Notes: generated by a model from the letters alone, not told the origin. Positions 24,702 through 37,226 are shown, numbered from the stretch's first letter. The stretch: DNA of 64,000 nucleotides from Escherichia coli (GCF_003334405.1 NZ_QOWM01000002.1), one strand, 5' to 3'. Numbers and translations: made by a program.

Positions 24702-25105
24702 ACCGCGAAAAGGGTGTTTCGTCACTGGCTCTGGTCCTGATGCTGCTGGTTTTGGGTAGTTTGCTATTACAAGGAATGAGCCAACAGGATCGCAGTTTTG
24801 CCTCTCGCGTGAGCATGGAAAGTCAGTCATTGCGCCGCCAGGCCATCGTTCAGTCGGCGCTGGCGTGGGGAAAAATGCACTCCTGGCAGACGCAGCCAGC
24901 AGTTCAGTGCTCGCAGTACGCTGAAACCGATGCCCAGGTTTGTTTGCGTTTACTGGCAGATAATGAAGCCTTATTGATTGCCGGTTATGAAGGCGTTTCG
25001 TTGTGGCGAACAGGCGAAGTCATTGATGGAAACATTGTTTTTTCGCCACGCGGCTGGAGCGATTTTTGTCCGCTGAAAGAGAGGGCGTTATGTCAGCTTC
25101 CCTGA
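24698..25105 (+). CDS. ygdB: Pseudopilin-like protein YgdB
   Basis: 135 aa, GTG start overlapping the ppdB stop; hydrophobic N-terminus. Confidence 0.8.
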   Translation: MNREKGVSSLALVLMLLVLGSLLLQGMSQQDRSFASRVSMESQSLRRQAIVQSALAWGKMHSWQTQPAVQCSQYAETDAQVCLRLLADNEALLIAGYEGVSLWRTGEVIDGNIVFSPRGWSDFCPLKERALCQLP

Positions 25106-25413
25106 AGAATCAACAAGGCTTTAGCCTGCCGGAGGTAATGTTGGCGATGGTGTTGATGGTGATGATTGTCACTGCGTTATCGGGTTTCCAGCGAACATTA
25201 ATGAACAGTCTTGCCAGCAGAAACCAGTACCAACAGCTCTGGCGGCATGGCTGGCAGCAAACGCAACTGCGCGCGATTTCGCCACCTGCCAACTGGCAGG
25301 TCAACCGAATGCAGACATCGCAGGCGGGATGTGTCAGCATCAGCGTTACGCTAGTTTCACCCGGGGGCAGAGAAGGCGAGATGACCCGCCTGCATTGCCC
25401 GAATCGTCAGTAG
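25090..25413 (+). CDS. ppdC: Prepilin peptidase-dependent protein C
   Basis: 107 aa from ATG 25090; prepilin motif [13 protein letters not shown]; overlaps ygdB. Confidence 0.85.
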   Translation: MSASLKNQQGFSLPEVMLAMVLMVMIVTALSGFQRTLMNSLASRNQYQQLWRHGWQQTQLRAISPPANWQVNRMQTSQAGCVSISVTLVSPGGREGEMTRLHCPNRQ

Positions 25414-25425
25414 TCAGGAGCCGCT

Positions 25426-28400
25426 ATGTTAAGGGTCTACCATTCCAATCGTCTGGACGTGCTGGAAGCGTTGATGGAGTTTATTGTCGAACGCGAACGG
25501 CTGGACGATCCTTTCGAACCAGAGATGATTCTGGTGCAAAGTACCGGTATGGCACAGTGGCTGCAAATGACCCTGTCGCAAAAGTTTGGTATTGCGGCAA
25601 ACATTGATTTTCCGCTGCCAGCGAGCTTTATCTGGGATATGTTCGTCCGGGTGTTACCGGAAATCCCCAAAGAGAGCGCCTTTAACAAACAGAGCATGAG
25701 CTGGAAACTGATGACTCTGCTGCCGCAATTGCTGGAGCGCGAAGACTTTACCCTGTTGCGGCATTATCTGACTGACGATAGCGACAAGCGAAAACTGTTC
25801 CAGCTTTCCTCAAAAGCGGCGGACCTGTTTGACCAGTATCTGGTCTATCGTCCGGACTGGCTGGCACAGTGGGAAACAGGACATTTGGTTGAAGGGCTGG
25901 GAGAAGCACAGGCCTGGCAAGCCCCGTTGTGGAAGGCGCTGGTGGAATATACCCATCAACTCGGGCAACCGCGCTGGCACCGCGCCAATCTCTATCAGCG
26001 CTTTATCGAAACGCTGGAGTCCGCGACGACCTGCCCGCCGGGGTTACCTTCGCGCGTCTTTATATGCGGTATTTCCGCGTTACCGCCTGTTTATCTCCAG
26101 GCGCTACAGGCGCTGGGTAAACATATTGAAATCCATCTCCTGTTTACCAACCCCTGCCGTTATTACTGGGGCGATATTAAAGATCCTGCTTATCTGGCGA
26201 AACTGCTGACCCGTCAGCGTCGACACAGTTTTGAAGATCGCGAATTGCCGCTATTTCGTGATAGCGAAAATGCCGGGCAGCTCTTTAACAGCGATGGTGA
26301 ACAGGATGTCGGCAACCCGCTGCTGGCTTCATGGGGTAAGCTTGGGCGCGACTACATTTATCTCCTTTCTGACCTGGAGAGCAGCCAGGAGCTGGACGCC
26401 TTTGTCGATGTCACGCCAGATAACCTGCTGCATAACATTCAGTCTGACATTCTGGAACTGGAAAACCGCGCCGTTGCTGGTGTGAACATCGAAGAGTTTT
26501 CCCGTAGCGATAACAAACGCCCGCTTGATCCACTGGATAGCAGTATCACCTTCCACGTTTGCCATAGCCCGCAGCGTGAAGTTGAAGTTTTACACGATCG
26601 CCTGCTGGCGATGCTGGAGGAAGACCCGACACTTACTCCGCGCGACATCATCGTGATGGTGGCTGATATCGACAGCTACAGTCCGTTTATTCAGGCTGTG
26701 TTTGGTAGCGCACCTGCGGATCGTTACCTACCTTACGCCATTTCCGACCGTCGTGCGCGGCAGTCACATCCGGTACTGGAAGCGTTTATCAGCCTGTTAT
26801 CACTGCCTGACAGTCGTTTTGTGTCAGAGGATGTGCTGGCGTTGCTGGATGTGCCGGTGCTGGCGGCGCGGTTTGACATCACCGAAGAAGGGCTGCGTTA
26901 TTTACGCCAGTGGGTCAACGAATCCGGCATTCGTTGGGGCATAGATGACGACAACGTTCGCGAGCTGGAACTCCCCGCCACCGGACAACACACCTGGCGA
27001 TTTGGCCTGACGCGTATGTTGTTGGGCTACGCGATGGAGAGCGCGCAGGGCGAGTGGCAATCGGTTCTACCTTATGATGAATCGAGCGGCTTAATTGCAG
27101 AACTGGTGGGGCATCTGGCTTCACTGCTAATGCAGCTAAACATCTGGCGTCGCGGGCTGGCACAGGAGCGTCCGCTGGAAGAGTGGTTGCCGGTTTGTCG
27201 CGATATGCTCAACGCCTTCTTCCTGCCGGATGCGGAAACCGAAGCGGCGATGACGCTGATCGAACAACAATGGCAGGCGATTATCGCCGAAGGTTTAGGT
27301 GCGCAGTATGGCGACGCGGTGCCGCTGTCACTATTGCGTGATGAACTGGCACAGCGTCTGGATCAAGAACGTATCAGCCAGCGTTTTCTCGCCGGACCGG
27401 TTAACATTTGTACTCTGATGCCAATGCGTTCAATTCCGTTCAAAGTGGTTTGCCTGCTGGGAATGAACGACGGCGTTTATCCACGTCAGCTTGCGCCATT
27501 GGGCTTTGACCTGATGAGCCAGAAACCGAAGCGTGGCGACCGTAGCCGTCGCGATGACGACCGCTATCTGTTCCTGGAAGCGTTAATTTCCGCGCAGCAA
27601 AAACTCTATATCAGCTATATCGGTCGTTCCATTCAGGATAACAGTGAGCGTTTCCCGTCGGTACTGGTGCAGGAACTGATCGACTACATCGGGCAAAGTC
27701 ATTATCTACCGGGCGATGAAGCGCTCAACTGTGATGAAAGCGAGGCAAGGGTAAAAGCGCATCTTACTTGCCTCCATACCCGGATGCCGTTTGATCCACA
27801 AAACTACCAGCCAGGCGAACGACAAAGCTATGCTCGTGAATGGCTACCTGCGGCCAGCCAGGCTGGTAAAGCACATTCTGAATTTGTTCAGCCGCTGCCG
27901 TTTACCTTACCGGAAACCGTGCCGCTGGAAACGCTACAACGATTCTGGGCACATCCGGTGCGGGCATTTTTCCAGATGCGTTTGCAGGTGAACTTCCGTA
28001 CTGAAGACAGCGAAATCCCCGACACCGAGCCATTTATTCTGGAAGGACTTAGCCGTTATCAAATCAATCAGCAGTTATTGAATGCACTGGTTGAGCAGGA
28101 TGATGCCGAACGCTTGTTCCGCCGCTTCCGAGCGGCAGGGGATTTACCGTATGGCGCTTTTGGTGAAATTTTCTGGGAAACACAGTGCCAGGAGATGCAG
28201 CAGCTTGCCGACAGAGTCATTGCCTGTCGCCAGCCGGGGCAGAGTATGGAAATTGATCTCGCCTGCAACGGTGTGCAGATAACTGGCTGGTTGCCGCAGG
28301 TGCAGCCGGATGGCCTGTTGCGCTGGCGTCCCTCTTTATTAAGTGTGGCCCAGGGAATGCAACTTTGGCTGGAACACCTTGTCTACTGTGCCAGCGGTGG

Positions 28401-28794
28401 TAATGGTGAAAGTCGCCTTTTTCTACGCAAAGACGGCGAGTGGCGTTTTCCGCCGCTTGCAGCCGAACAGGCTTTGCATTACCTCTCACAACTGATTGAG
28501 GGGTATCGTGAAGGAATGTCCGCGCCATTGCTGGTGTTACCTGAAAGTGGCGGCGCGTGGCTAAAAACCTGTTATGACGCGCAAAACGATGCCATGCTGG
28601 ATGACGATTCCACGTTGCAAAAAGCCCGTACGAAATTCCTTCAGGCTTACGAAGGCAACATGATGGTGCGTGGCGAAGGTGATGATATCTGGTATCAAAG
28701 GCTCTGGCGGCAATTAACACCAGAGACAATGGAGGCCATCGTTGAACAGTCGCAACGTTTCCTGTTACCGCTGTTTCGCTTTAATCAGTCATGA
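25426..28794 (+). CDS. recC: Exodeoxyribonuclease V gamma subunit
   Basis: 1122 aa; full-length match to RecC. Confidence 0.96.
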   Translation: MLRVYHSNRLDVLEALMEFIVERERLDDPFEPEMILVQSTGMAQWLQMTLSQKFGIAANIDFPLPASFIWDMFVRVLPEIPKESAFNKQSMSWKLMTLLPQLLEREDFTLLRHYLTDDSDKRKLFQLSSKAADLFDQYLVYRPDWLAQWETGHLVEGLGEAQAWQAPLWKALVEYTHQLGQPRWHRANLYQRFIETLESATTCPPGLPSRVFICGISALPPVYLQALQALGKHIEIHLLFTNPCRYYWGDIKDPAYLAKLLTRQRRHSFEDRELPLFRDSENAGQLFNSDGEQDVGNPLLASWGKLGRDYIYLLSDLESSQELDAFVDVTPDNLLHNIQSDILELENRAVAGVNIEEFSRSDNKRPLDPLDSSITFHVCHSPQREVEVLHDRLLAMLEEDPTLTPRDIIVMVADIDSYSPFIQAVFGSAPADRYLPYAISDRRARQSHPVLEAFISLLSLPDSRFVSEDVLALLDVPVLAARFDITEEGLRYLRQWVNESGIRWGIDDDNVRELELPATGQHTWRFGLTRMLLGYAMESAQGEWQSVLPYDESSGLIAELVGHLASLLMQLNIWRRGLAQERPLEEWLPVCRDMLNAFFLPDAETEAAMTLIEQQWQAIIAEGLGAQYGDAVPLSLLRDELAQRLDQERISQRFLAGPVNICTLMPMRSIPFKVVCLLGMNDGVYPRQLAPLGFDLMSQKPKRGDRSRRDDDRYLFLEALISAQQKLYISYIGRSIQDNSERFPSVLVQELIDYIGQSHYLPGDEALNCDESEARVKAHLTCLHTRMPFDPQNYQPGERQSYAREWLPAASQAGKAHSEFVQPLPFTLPETVPLETLQRFWAHPVRAFFQMRLQVNFRTEDSEIPDTEPFILEGLSRYQINQQLLNALVEQDDAERLFRRFRAAGDLPYGAFGEIFWETQCQEMQQLADRVIACRQPGQSMEIDLACNGVQITGWLPQVQPDGLLRWRPSLLSVAQGMQLWLEHLVYCASGGNGESRLFLRKDGEWRFPPLAAEQALHYLSQLIEGYREGMSAPLLVLPESGGAWLKTCYDAQNDAMLDDDSTLQKARTKFLQAYEGNMMVRGEGDDIWYQRLWRQLTPETMEAIVEQSQRFLLPLFRFNQS

Positions 28795-28969
28795 GTGCTG
28801 TATAAAAATTGCGCAATCTATCCGCTTACTTTATGATGCGCACCAGTCACGGACTGATGGTTATATAAACATAGGCTGACTCGTGCAGCACAAGATTAAA
28901 TTCTGGCAGATGATTTGCGTTAACGTGTTGAATCTGGACAGAAAATTAAGTTGATTATGAGGTCCGTGA

Positions 28970-31858
28970 ATGCCCCGCAGCACCTGGTTCAAAGCATTAT
29001 TGTTGTTAGTTGCCCTTTGGGCACCCTTAAGTCAGGCAGAAACGGGATGGCAGCCGATTCAGGAAACCATCCGTAAAAGTGATAAAGATAACCGCCAGTA
29101 TCAGGCTATACGTCTGGATAACGGTATGGTGGTCTTGCTGGTTTCTGATCCGCAGGCAGTTAAATCGCTCTCGGCGCTGGTGGTGCCCGTTGGGTCGCTG
29201 GAAGATCCCGAGGCGTACCAGGGGCTGGCACATTACCTTGAACATATGAGTCTGATGGGGTCGAAAAAGTACCCGCAGGCTGACAGTCTGGCCGAATATC
29301 TCAAAATGCACGGCGGTAGTCACAATGCCAGCACTGCGCCGTATCGCACGGCTTTCTATCTGGAAGTTGAGAACGACGCCTTGCCTGGTGCGGTAGACCG
29401 CCTGGCCGATGCTATTGCTGAACCTTTGCTCGACAAGAAATATGCCGAACGTGAGCGTAATGCGGTGAACGCTGAATTAACCATGGCGCGTACGCGTGAC
29501 GGGATGCGCATGGCACAGGTCAGCGCAGAAACCATTAACCCGGCACACCCCGGTTCAAAGTTTTCTGGTGGTAACCTCGAAACTTTAAGCGACAAACCTG
29601 GTAATCCGGTGCAGCAGGCGCTGAAAGATTTCCACGAGAAGTACTATTCCGCCAATTTGATGAAGGCGGTTATTTACAGTAATAAACCGCTGCCGGAGTT
29701 GGCAAAAATGGCGGCGGACACCTTTGGTCGCGTGCCGAACAAAGAGAGCAAAAAACCGGAAATCACCGTGCCGGTAGTCACCGACGCGCAAAAGGGCATT
29801 ATCATTCATTACGTCCCTGCGCTGCCGCGTAAAGTGTTGCGCGTTGAGTTTCGCATCGATAACAACTCAGCGAAGTTCCGTAGTAAAACCGATGAATTGA
29901 TTACCTATCTGATTGGCAATCGCAGCCCAGGTACACTTTCTGACTGGCTGCAAAAGCAGGGATTAGTTGAGGGCATTAGCGCCAACTCCGATCCTATCGT
30001 CAACGGCAACAGCGGCGTATTAGCGATCTCTGCGTCTTTAACCGATAAAGGCCTGGCTAATCGCGATCAGGTTGTGGCGGCAATTTTTAGCTATCTCAAT
30101 CTGTTACGTGAAAAAGGCATTGATAAACAATACTTCGATGAACTGGCGAATGTGCTGGATATCGACTTCCGTTATCCGTCGATCACCCGTGATATGGATT
30201 ACGTCGAATGGCTGGCAGATACCATGATTCGCGTTCCTGTTGAGCATACGCTGGATGCAGTCAATATTGCCGATCGGTACGATGCTAAAGCAGTAAAGGA
30301 ACGTCTGGCGATGATGGCGCCGCAGAATGCGCGTATCTGGTATATCAGCCCGAAAGAGCCGCACAACAAAACGGCTTACTTTGTCGATGCGCCGTATCAG
30401 GTCGATAAAATCAGCGCACAAACTTTCGCCGACTGGCAGAAAAAAGCCGCCGACATTGCGCTCTCTTTGCCAGAGCTTAACCCTTATATTCCTGATGATT
30501 TCTCGCTGATTAAGTCAGAGAAGAAATACGACCATCCAGAGCTGATTGTTGATGAGTCGAATCTGCGCGTGGTGTATGCGCCAAGCCGTTATTTTGCCAG
30601 CGAGCCCAAAGCTGATGTCAGCCTGATTTTGCGTAATCCGAAAGCCATGGACAGCGCCCGCAATCAGGTGATGTTTGCGCTCAATGATTATCTCGCAGGG
30701 CTGGCGCTTGATCAGTTAAGCAACCAGGCGTCGGTTGGTGGCATAAGTTTTTCCACCAACGCTAACAACGGCCTTATGGTTAATGCTAATGGTTACACCC
30801 AGCGTCTGCCGCAGCTGTTCCAGGCATTGCTCGAGGGGTACTTTAGCTATACCGCTACGGAAGATCAGCTTGAGCAGGCGAAGTCCTGGTATAACCAGAT
30901 GATGGATTCCGCAGAAAAGGGTAAAGCGTTTGAGCAGGCGATTATGCCCGCGCAGATGCTCTCGCAAGTGCCGTACTTCTCGCGAGATGAACGGCGTAAA
31001 ATTTTGCCCTCCATTACGTTGAAAGAGGTGCTGGCCTATCGCGACGCCTTAAAATCAGGGGCTCGACCAGAGTTTATGGTTATCGGCAACATGACCGAGG
31101 CCCAGGCAACAACGCTGGCACGCGATGTGCAAAAACAGTTGGGCGCTGATGGTTCAGAGTGGTGTCGAAACAAAGATGTAGTGGTCGATAAAAAACAATC
31201 CGTCATCTTTGAAAAAGCCGGTAACAGCACCGACTCCGCACTGGCAGCGGTATTTGTACCGACTGGCTACGATGAATACACCAGCTCAGCCTATAGCTCT
31301 CTGTTGGGGCAGATCGTACAGCCGTGGTTCTACAATCAGTTGCGTACCGAAGAACAATTGGGCTATGCCGTGTTTGCGTTTCCAATGAGCGTGGGGCGTC
31401 AGTGGGGCATGGGCTTCCTTTTGCAAAGCAATGATAAACAGCCTTCATTCTTGTGGGAGCGTTACAAGGCGTTTTTCCCAACCGCAGAGGCAAAATTGCG
31501 AGCGATGAAGCCAGATGAGTTTGCGCAAATCCAGCAGGCGGTAATTACCCAGATGCTGCAGGCACCGCAAACGCTCGGCGAAGAAGCATCGAAGTTAAGT
31601 AAAGATTTCGATCGCGGCAATATGCGCTTCGATTCGCGTGATAAAATCGTGGCCCAGATAAAACTGCTGACGCCGCAAAAACTTGCTGATTTCTTCCATC
31701 AGGCGGTGGTCGAGCCGCAAGGCATGGCTATTCTGTCGCAGATTTCCGGCAGCCAGAACGGGAAAGCCGAATATGTACACCCTGAAGGCTGGAAAGTGTG
31801 GGAGAACGTCAGCGCGTTGCAGCAAACAATGCCCCTGATGAGTGAAAAGAATGAGTGA
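28970..31858 (+). CDS. ptrA: Protease III (pitrilysin), periplasmic M16 zinc metalloprotease
   Basis: 962 aa; signal peptide; inverted zinc motif HYLEHM. Confidence 0.96.
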   Translation: MPRSTWFKALLLLVALWAPLSQAETGWQPIQETIRKSDKDNRQYQAIRLDNGMVVLLVSDPQAVKSLSALVVPVGSLEDPEAYQGLAHYLEHMSLMGSKKYPQADSLAEYLKMHGGSHNASTAPYRTAFYLEVENDALPGAVDRLADAIAEPLLDKKYAERERNAVNAELTMARTRDGMRMAQVSAETINPAHPGSKFSGGNLETLSDKPGNPVQQALKDFHEKYYSANLMKAVIYSNKPLPELAKMAADTFGRVPNKESKKPEITVPVVTDAQKGIIIHYVPALPRKVLRVEFRIDNNSAKFRSKTDELITYLIGNRSPGTLSDWLQKQGLVEGISANSDPIVNGNSGVLAISASLTDKGLANRDQVVAAIFSYLNLLREKGIDKQYFDELANVLDIDFRYPSITRDMDYVEWLADTMIRVPVEHTLDAVNIADRYDAKAVKERLAMMAPQNARIWYISPKEPHNKTAYFVDAPYQVDKISAQTFADWQKKAADIALSLPELNPYIPDDFSLIKSEKKYDHPELIVDESNLRVVYAPSRYFASEPKADVSLILRNPKAMDSARNQVMFALNDYLAGLALDQLSNQASVGGISFSTNANNGLMVNANGYTQRLPQLFQALLEGYFSYTATEDQLEQAKSWYNQMMDSAEKGKAFEQAIMPAQMLSQVPYFSRDERRKILPSITLKEVLAYRDALKSGARPEFMVIGNMTEAQATTLARDVQKQLGADGSEWCRNKDVVVDKKQSVIFEKAGNSTDSALAAVFVPTGYDEYTSSAYSSLLGQIVQPWFYNQLRTEEQLGYAVFAFPMSVGRQWGMGFLLQSNDKQPSFLWERYKAFFPTAEAKLRAMKPDEFAQIQQAVITQMLQAPQTLGEEASKLSKDFDRGNMRFDSRDKIVAQIKLLTPQKLADFFHQAVVEPQGMAILSQISGSQNGKAEYVHPEGWKVWENVSALQQTMPLMSEKNE

Positions 31859-34800
31859 TGTCGCCGAGACACTAGATCCTTTGCGCTTGCCCTTACAGGG
31901 TGAGCGCCTGATTGAAGCCTCTGCCGGCACAGGCAAAACCTTTACGATTGCGGCGCTCTATTTGCGCCTGTTACTTGGACTAGGCGGTTCCGCCGCCTTT
32001 CCCCGCCCGCTGACCGTTGAAGAACTGCTGGTGGTCACCTTTACCGAGGCTGCCACGGCAGAATTGCGCGGTCGTATCCGTAGCAATATCCACGAGTTGC
32101 GCATCGCCTGTCTGCGTGAAACCACCGACAATCCACTGTACGAACGCCTGCTGGAAGAGATCGACGATAAAGCGCAAGCCGCGCAGTGGTTGTTGTTAGC
32201 CGAACGGCAGATGGATGAAGCGGCAGTCTTTACTATTCACGGCTTTTGCCAGCGCATGCTCAACCTGAATGCCTTTGAATCCGGCATGCTGTTTGAGCAG
32301 CAGCTGATTGAAGATGAGTCTCTGCTACGCTACCAGGCCTGCGCCGATTTCTGGCGTCGCCACTGCTACCCGCTGCCGCGTGAAATAGCCCAGGTCGTCT
32401 TTGAAACCTGGAAAGGGCCGCAGGCGTTGCTGCGCGATATTAATCGTTATCTGCAAGGCGAAGCGCCGGTTATCAAAGCACCGCCGCCCGATGATGAAAC
32501 GCTGGCTTCCCGTCACGCGCAAATTGTGGCGCGTATTGATACGGTAAAACAGCAGTGGCGCGACGCAGTGGGTGAACTGGATGCGCTGATCGAATCTTCT
32601 GGTATTGATCGACGCAAGTTTAACCGTAGCAATCAGGCTAAATGGATCGACAAGATCAGCGCCTGGGCAGAAGAAGAGACAAACAGTTATCAGTTGCCGG
32701 AGTCGCTGGAAAAATTCTCCCAGCGTTTCTTAGAAGATCGCACGAAGGCCGGGGGGGGAACCCCGCGACATCCACTGTTTGAGGCGATCGATCAACTGCT
32801 TGCAGAACCATTGTCGATCCGCGATCTGGTGATCACCCGCGCATTGGCTGAGATCCGCGAAACAGTAGCGCGTGAAAAACGCCGCCGTGGCGAATTGGGT
32901 TTTGATGACATGTTAAGTCGGCTCGATTCCGCGCTGCGTAGCGAAAGCGGTGAGGTGTTGGCAGCGGCGATCCGTACGCGATTCCCGGTGGCAATGATCG
33001 ATGAATTTCAGGATACCGACCCCCAGCAGTACCGAATTTTTCGCCGTATCTGGCACCATCAGCCGGAAACCGCATTGTTGCTAATTGGCGACCCGAAGCA
33101 GGCCATATATGCATTCCGGGGTGCGGATATCTTCACTTATATGAAGGCGCGTAGCGAAGTTCACGCCCACTACACTTTAGACACCAACTGGCGTTCCGCA
33201 CCAGGAATGGTGAACAGCGTGAATAAGCTTTTCAGCCAGACTGATGACGCGTTCATGTTTCGCGAAATACCGTTTATTCCAGTGAAATCAGCCGGGAAAA
33301 ATCAGGCGTTACGTTTTGTATTTAAAGGTGAAACACAGCCTGCGATGAAAATGTGGCTGATGGAAGGCGAAAGCTGCGGCGTTGGCGATTATCAAAGTAC
33401 CATGGCGCAGGTATGTGCTGCGCAAATCCGCGACTGGCTACAAGCCGGACAGCGGGGCGAAGCGTTGCTGATGAACGGCGACGACGCGCGTCCGGTGCGT
33501 GCTTCGGACATCAGTGTGCTGGTGCGCAGCCGCCAGGAGGCCGCCCAGGTGCGCGATGCCTTAACGTTGCTGGAAATCCCTTCCGTTTACCTTTCGAACC
33601 GCGACAGTGTTTTTGAAACTCTGGAAGCGCAGGAAATGCTTTGGTTGTTGCAGGCGGTGATGACGCCCGAACGTGAGAACACCCTGCGTAGTGCGCTGGC
33701 AACGTCAATGATGGGGCTGAACGCGCTGGATATCGAAACGCTGAACAATGACGAACATGCGTGGGATGTGGTAGTCGAAGAGTTCGATGGTTATCGGCAA
33801 ATCTGGCGCAAACGTGGCGTTATGCCGATGCTGCGGGCGCTGATGTCGGCGCGTAACATTGCTGAAAACTTGCTGGCAACGGCAGGCGGTGAGCGGCGTC
33901 TTACCGATATCTTGCATATCAGCGAACTGCTACAAGAAGCCGGAACGCAGCTGGAAAGTGAACATGCGCTGGTACGCTGGTTATCGCAACATATCCTCGA
34001 GCCAGACAGTAATGCCTCCAGCCAACAAATGCGTCTCGAAAGTGATAAACATCTGGTGCAGATTGTCACGATCCACAAATCGAAAGGGCTGGAATATCCA
34101 TTGGTCTGGCTGCCGTTTATCACCAATTTCCGCGTCCAGGAGCAGGCGTTTTATCACGATCGCCACTCGTTTGAGGCAGTTCTGGATCTTAATGCTGCGC
34201 CAGAAAGCGTCGACCTCGCGGAGGCCGAACGTCTGGCGGAAGATCTGCGTTTGCTTTACGTGGCGCTGACACGTTCGGTTTGGCATTGCAGTCTCGGCGT
34301 TGCACCGCTGGTGCGCCGTCGTGGCGATAAAAAAGGTGACACCGACGTCCACCAAAGTGCGCTCGGGCGTTTGCTGCAAAAAGGGGAACCGCAAGATGCG
34401 GCAGGGCTTCGCACCTGTATTGAAGCGTTATGCGATGATGATATTGCCTGGCAAACGGCACAAACTGGTGATAACCAACCCTGGCAGGTTAATGATGTTT
34501 CTACAGCAGAGCTGAATGCGAAGACGTTACAACGATTGCCCGGCGATAACTGGCGCGTCACCAGCTACTCTGGTTTGCAACAGCGTGGTCACGGTATCGC
34601 CCAGGATTTGATGCCTCGGCTGGATGTCGATGCTGCAGGCGTTGCCAGCGTCGTTGAAGAACCGACGTTAACACCACATCAGTTTCCGCGCGGTGCGTCA
34701 CCGGGGACGTTCTTGCACAGTTTGTTTGAAGACCTGGATTTTACCCAGCCGGTTGACCCGAACTGGGTGCGGGAAAAACTGGAACTCGGCGGCTTTGAAT

Positions 34801-35393
34801 CGCAGTGGGAACCGGTATTGACCGAGTGGATCACGGCTGTCCTCCAGGCACCTCTCAATGAAACCGGCGTAAGCCTGAGTCAACTTTCCGCCCGCAATAA
34901 ACAGGTGGAGATGGAGTTTTATCTGCCGATTAGTGAACCGCTTATCGCCAGTCAGCTTGATACGTTAATCCGCCAGTTTGACCCGCTATCCGCAGGCTGC
35001 CCGCCGCTGGAGTTCATGCAGGTACGTGGCATGTTAAAAGGCTTTATCGACCTGGTGTTCCGCCACGAAGGGCGTTATTACCTGCTCGACTATAAATCCA
35101 ACTGGTTGGGTGAAGACAGTTCGGCTTACACCCAACAGGCTATGGCAGCGGCAATGCAGGCACACCGCTATGATCTGCAATATCAGCTTTATACCCTGGC
35201 GCTGCATCGTTATCTGCGCCATCGCATTGCTGATTACGACTATGAGCACCACTTTGGCGGCGTTATTTATCTGTTCCTGCGTGGCGTTGATAAAGAACAT
35301 CCGCAACAGGGGATTTACACAACCCGACCCAACGCCGGGTTGATTGCCCTGATGGATGAGATGTTTGCCGGTATGACCCTGGAGGAGGCGTAA
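31851..35393 (+). CDS. recB: Exodeoxyribonuclease V beta subunit (helicase-nuclease)
   Basis: 1180 aa from ATG 31851 ([11 protein letters not shown]...); Walker A ASAGTGKT; 8-nt overlap with ptrA. Confidence 0.96.
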
Positions 35394-37219
35394 TGAAATT
35401 GCAAAAGCAATTACTGGAAGCTGTGGAGCACAAACAGCTACGCCCGCTGGATGTGCAATTTGCCCTGACCGTGGCGGGAGATGAACATCCTGCCGTCACC
35501 CTCGCGGCGGCACTGTTAAGTCATGATGCCGGAGAGGGACACGTTTGTTTGCCGCTTTCACGACTGGAAAATAACGAGGCGTCGCATCCGCTGTTGGCGA
35601 CCTGTGTCAGTGAAATCGGTGAGCTACAAAATTGGGAAGAATGCTTGCTGGCTTCTCAAGCGGTCAGCAGGGGAGATGAACCCACGCCGATGATCCTCTG
35701 TGGCGATCGTCTTTATTTGAATCGCATGTGGTGTAACGAGCGCACAGTGGCACGCTTTTTCAACGAAGTGAATCATGCCATTGAGGTTGATGAAGCTCTA
35801 CTGGCGCAAACCCTGGACAAACTTTTTCCAGTAAGCGATGAAATTAACTGGCAAAAAGTTGCGGCGGCAGTGGCGCTGACGCGGCGGATCTCGGTGATTT
35901 CCGGCGGCCCTGGCACCGGTAAAACGACCACCGTAGCGAAGTTGCTGGCAGCGTTAATTCAAATGGCCGACGGCGAACGCTGCCGTATCCGTCTGGCTGC
36001 ACCAACGGGTAAAGCTGCCGCGCGCTTAACCGAATCTCTCGGCAAGGCTTTGCGACAGTTACCGCTGACCGATGAACAAAAGAAACGCATTCCGGAAGAT
36101 GCCAGCACTTTGCACCGATTGCTGGGCGCGCAGCCGGGTAGCCAGCGTTTACGTCATCATGCCGGTAACCCGCTGCATCTTGATGTGCTGGTGGTAGATG
36201 AAGCGTCAATGATCGATCTGCCTATGATGTCGAGACTGATCGACGCTTTGCCCGATCATGCGCGAGTGATCTTTCTCGGCGATCGTGATCAACTGGCCTC
36301 GGTTGAGGCTGGGGCTGTGCTGGGCGATATCTGCGCTTATGCCAACGCGGGCTTTACCGCCGAGCGTGCCAGGCAGCTAAGCCGCCTGACGGGGACTCAC
36401 GTTCCGGCAGGAACCGGCACAGAAGCGGCATCTTTGCGCGACAGTCTCTGCCTGCTGCAAAAAAGCTATCGTTTCGGCAGCGATTCTGGCATTGGTCAGT
36501 TAGCTGCGGCGATCAACCGTGGTGATAAAACGGCAGTGAAAACCGTTTTTCAGCAGGATTTTACTGATATCGAAAAACGGCTTTTACAGAGCGGCGAAGA
36601 TTATATTGCGATGCTTGAGGAAGCTCTTGCGGGTTACGGACGTTATCTGGATCTGCTGCAAGCGCGTGCCGAGCCGGATTTAATCATTCAGGCGTTCAAT
36701 GAGTACCAGCTTTTGTGCGCCCTGCGGGAAGGGCCGTTTGGCGTGGCTGGACTGAATGAGCGAATTGAGCAGTTTATGCAACAGAAGCGCAAAATTCATC
36801 GTCATCCGCACTCTCGTTGGTACGAAGGTCGACCGGTGATGATTGCCCGTAATGACAGCGCGCTTGGGTTGTTTAATGGCGATATCGGTATTGCGCTGGA
36901 TCGCGGGCAGGGGACGCGCGTCTGGTTTGCGATGCCGGACGGCAATATTAAGTCTGTGCAACCGAGTCGCTTGCCAGAGCACGAAACTACGTGGGCGATG
37001 ACGGTACATAAATCGCAGGGATCGGAGTTCGACCATGCGGCGTTGATTTTGCCGAGCCAACGCACGCCGGTAGTAACGCGAGAGCTGGTTTATACCGCGG
37101 TGACCCGCGCGCGTCGCCGTCTGTCGCTGTATGCCGATGAGCGCATATTAAGTGCGGCAATCGCCACTCGTACTGAGCGGCGCAGTGGTCTGGCGGCGTT
37201 GTTTAGTTCACGGGAATAA
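35393..37219 (+). CDS. recD: Exodeoxyribonuclease V alpha subunit (helicase)
   Basis: 608 aa; Walker A GGPGTGKT; TAATG overlap with the recB stop. Confidence 0.96.
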
Positions 37220-37226
37220 ACGTAAT

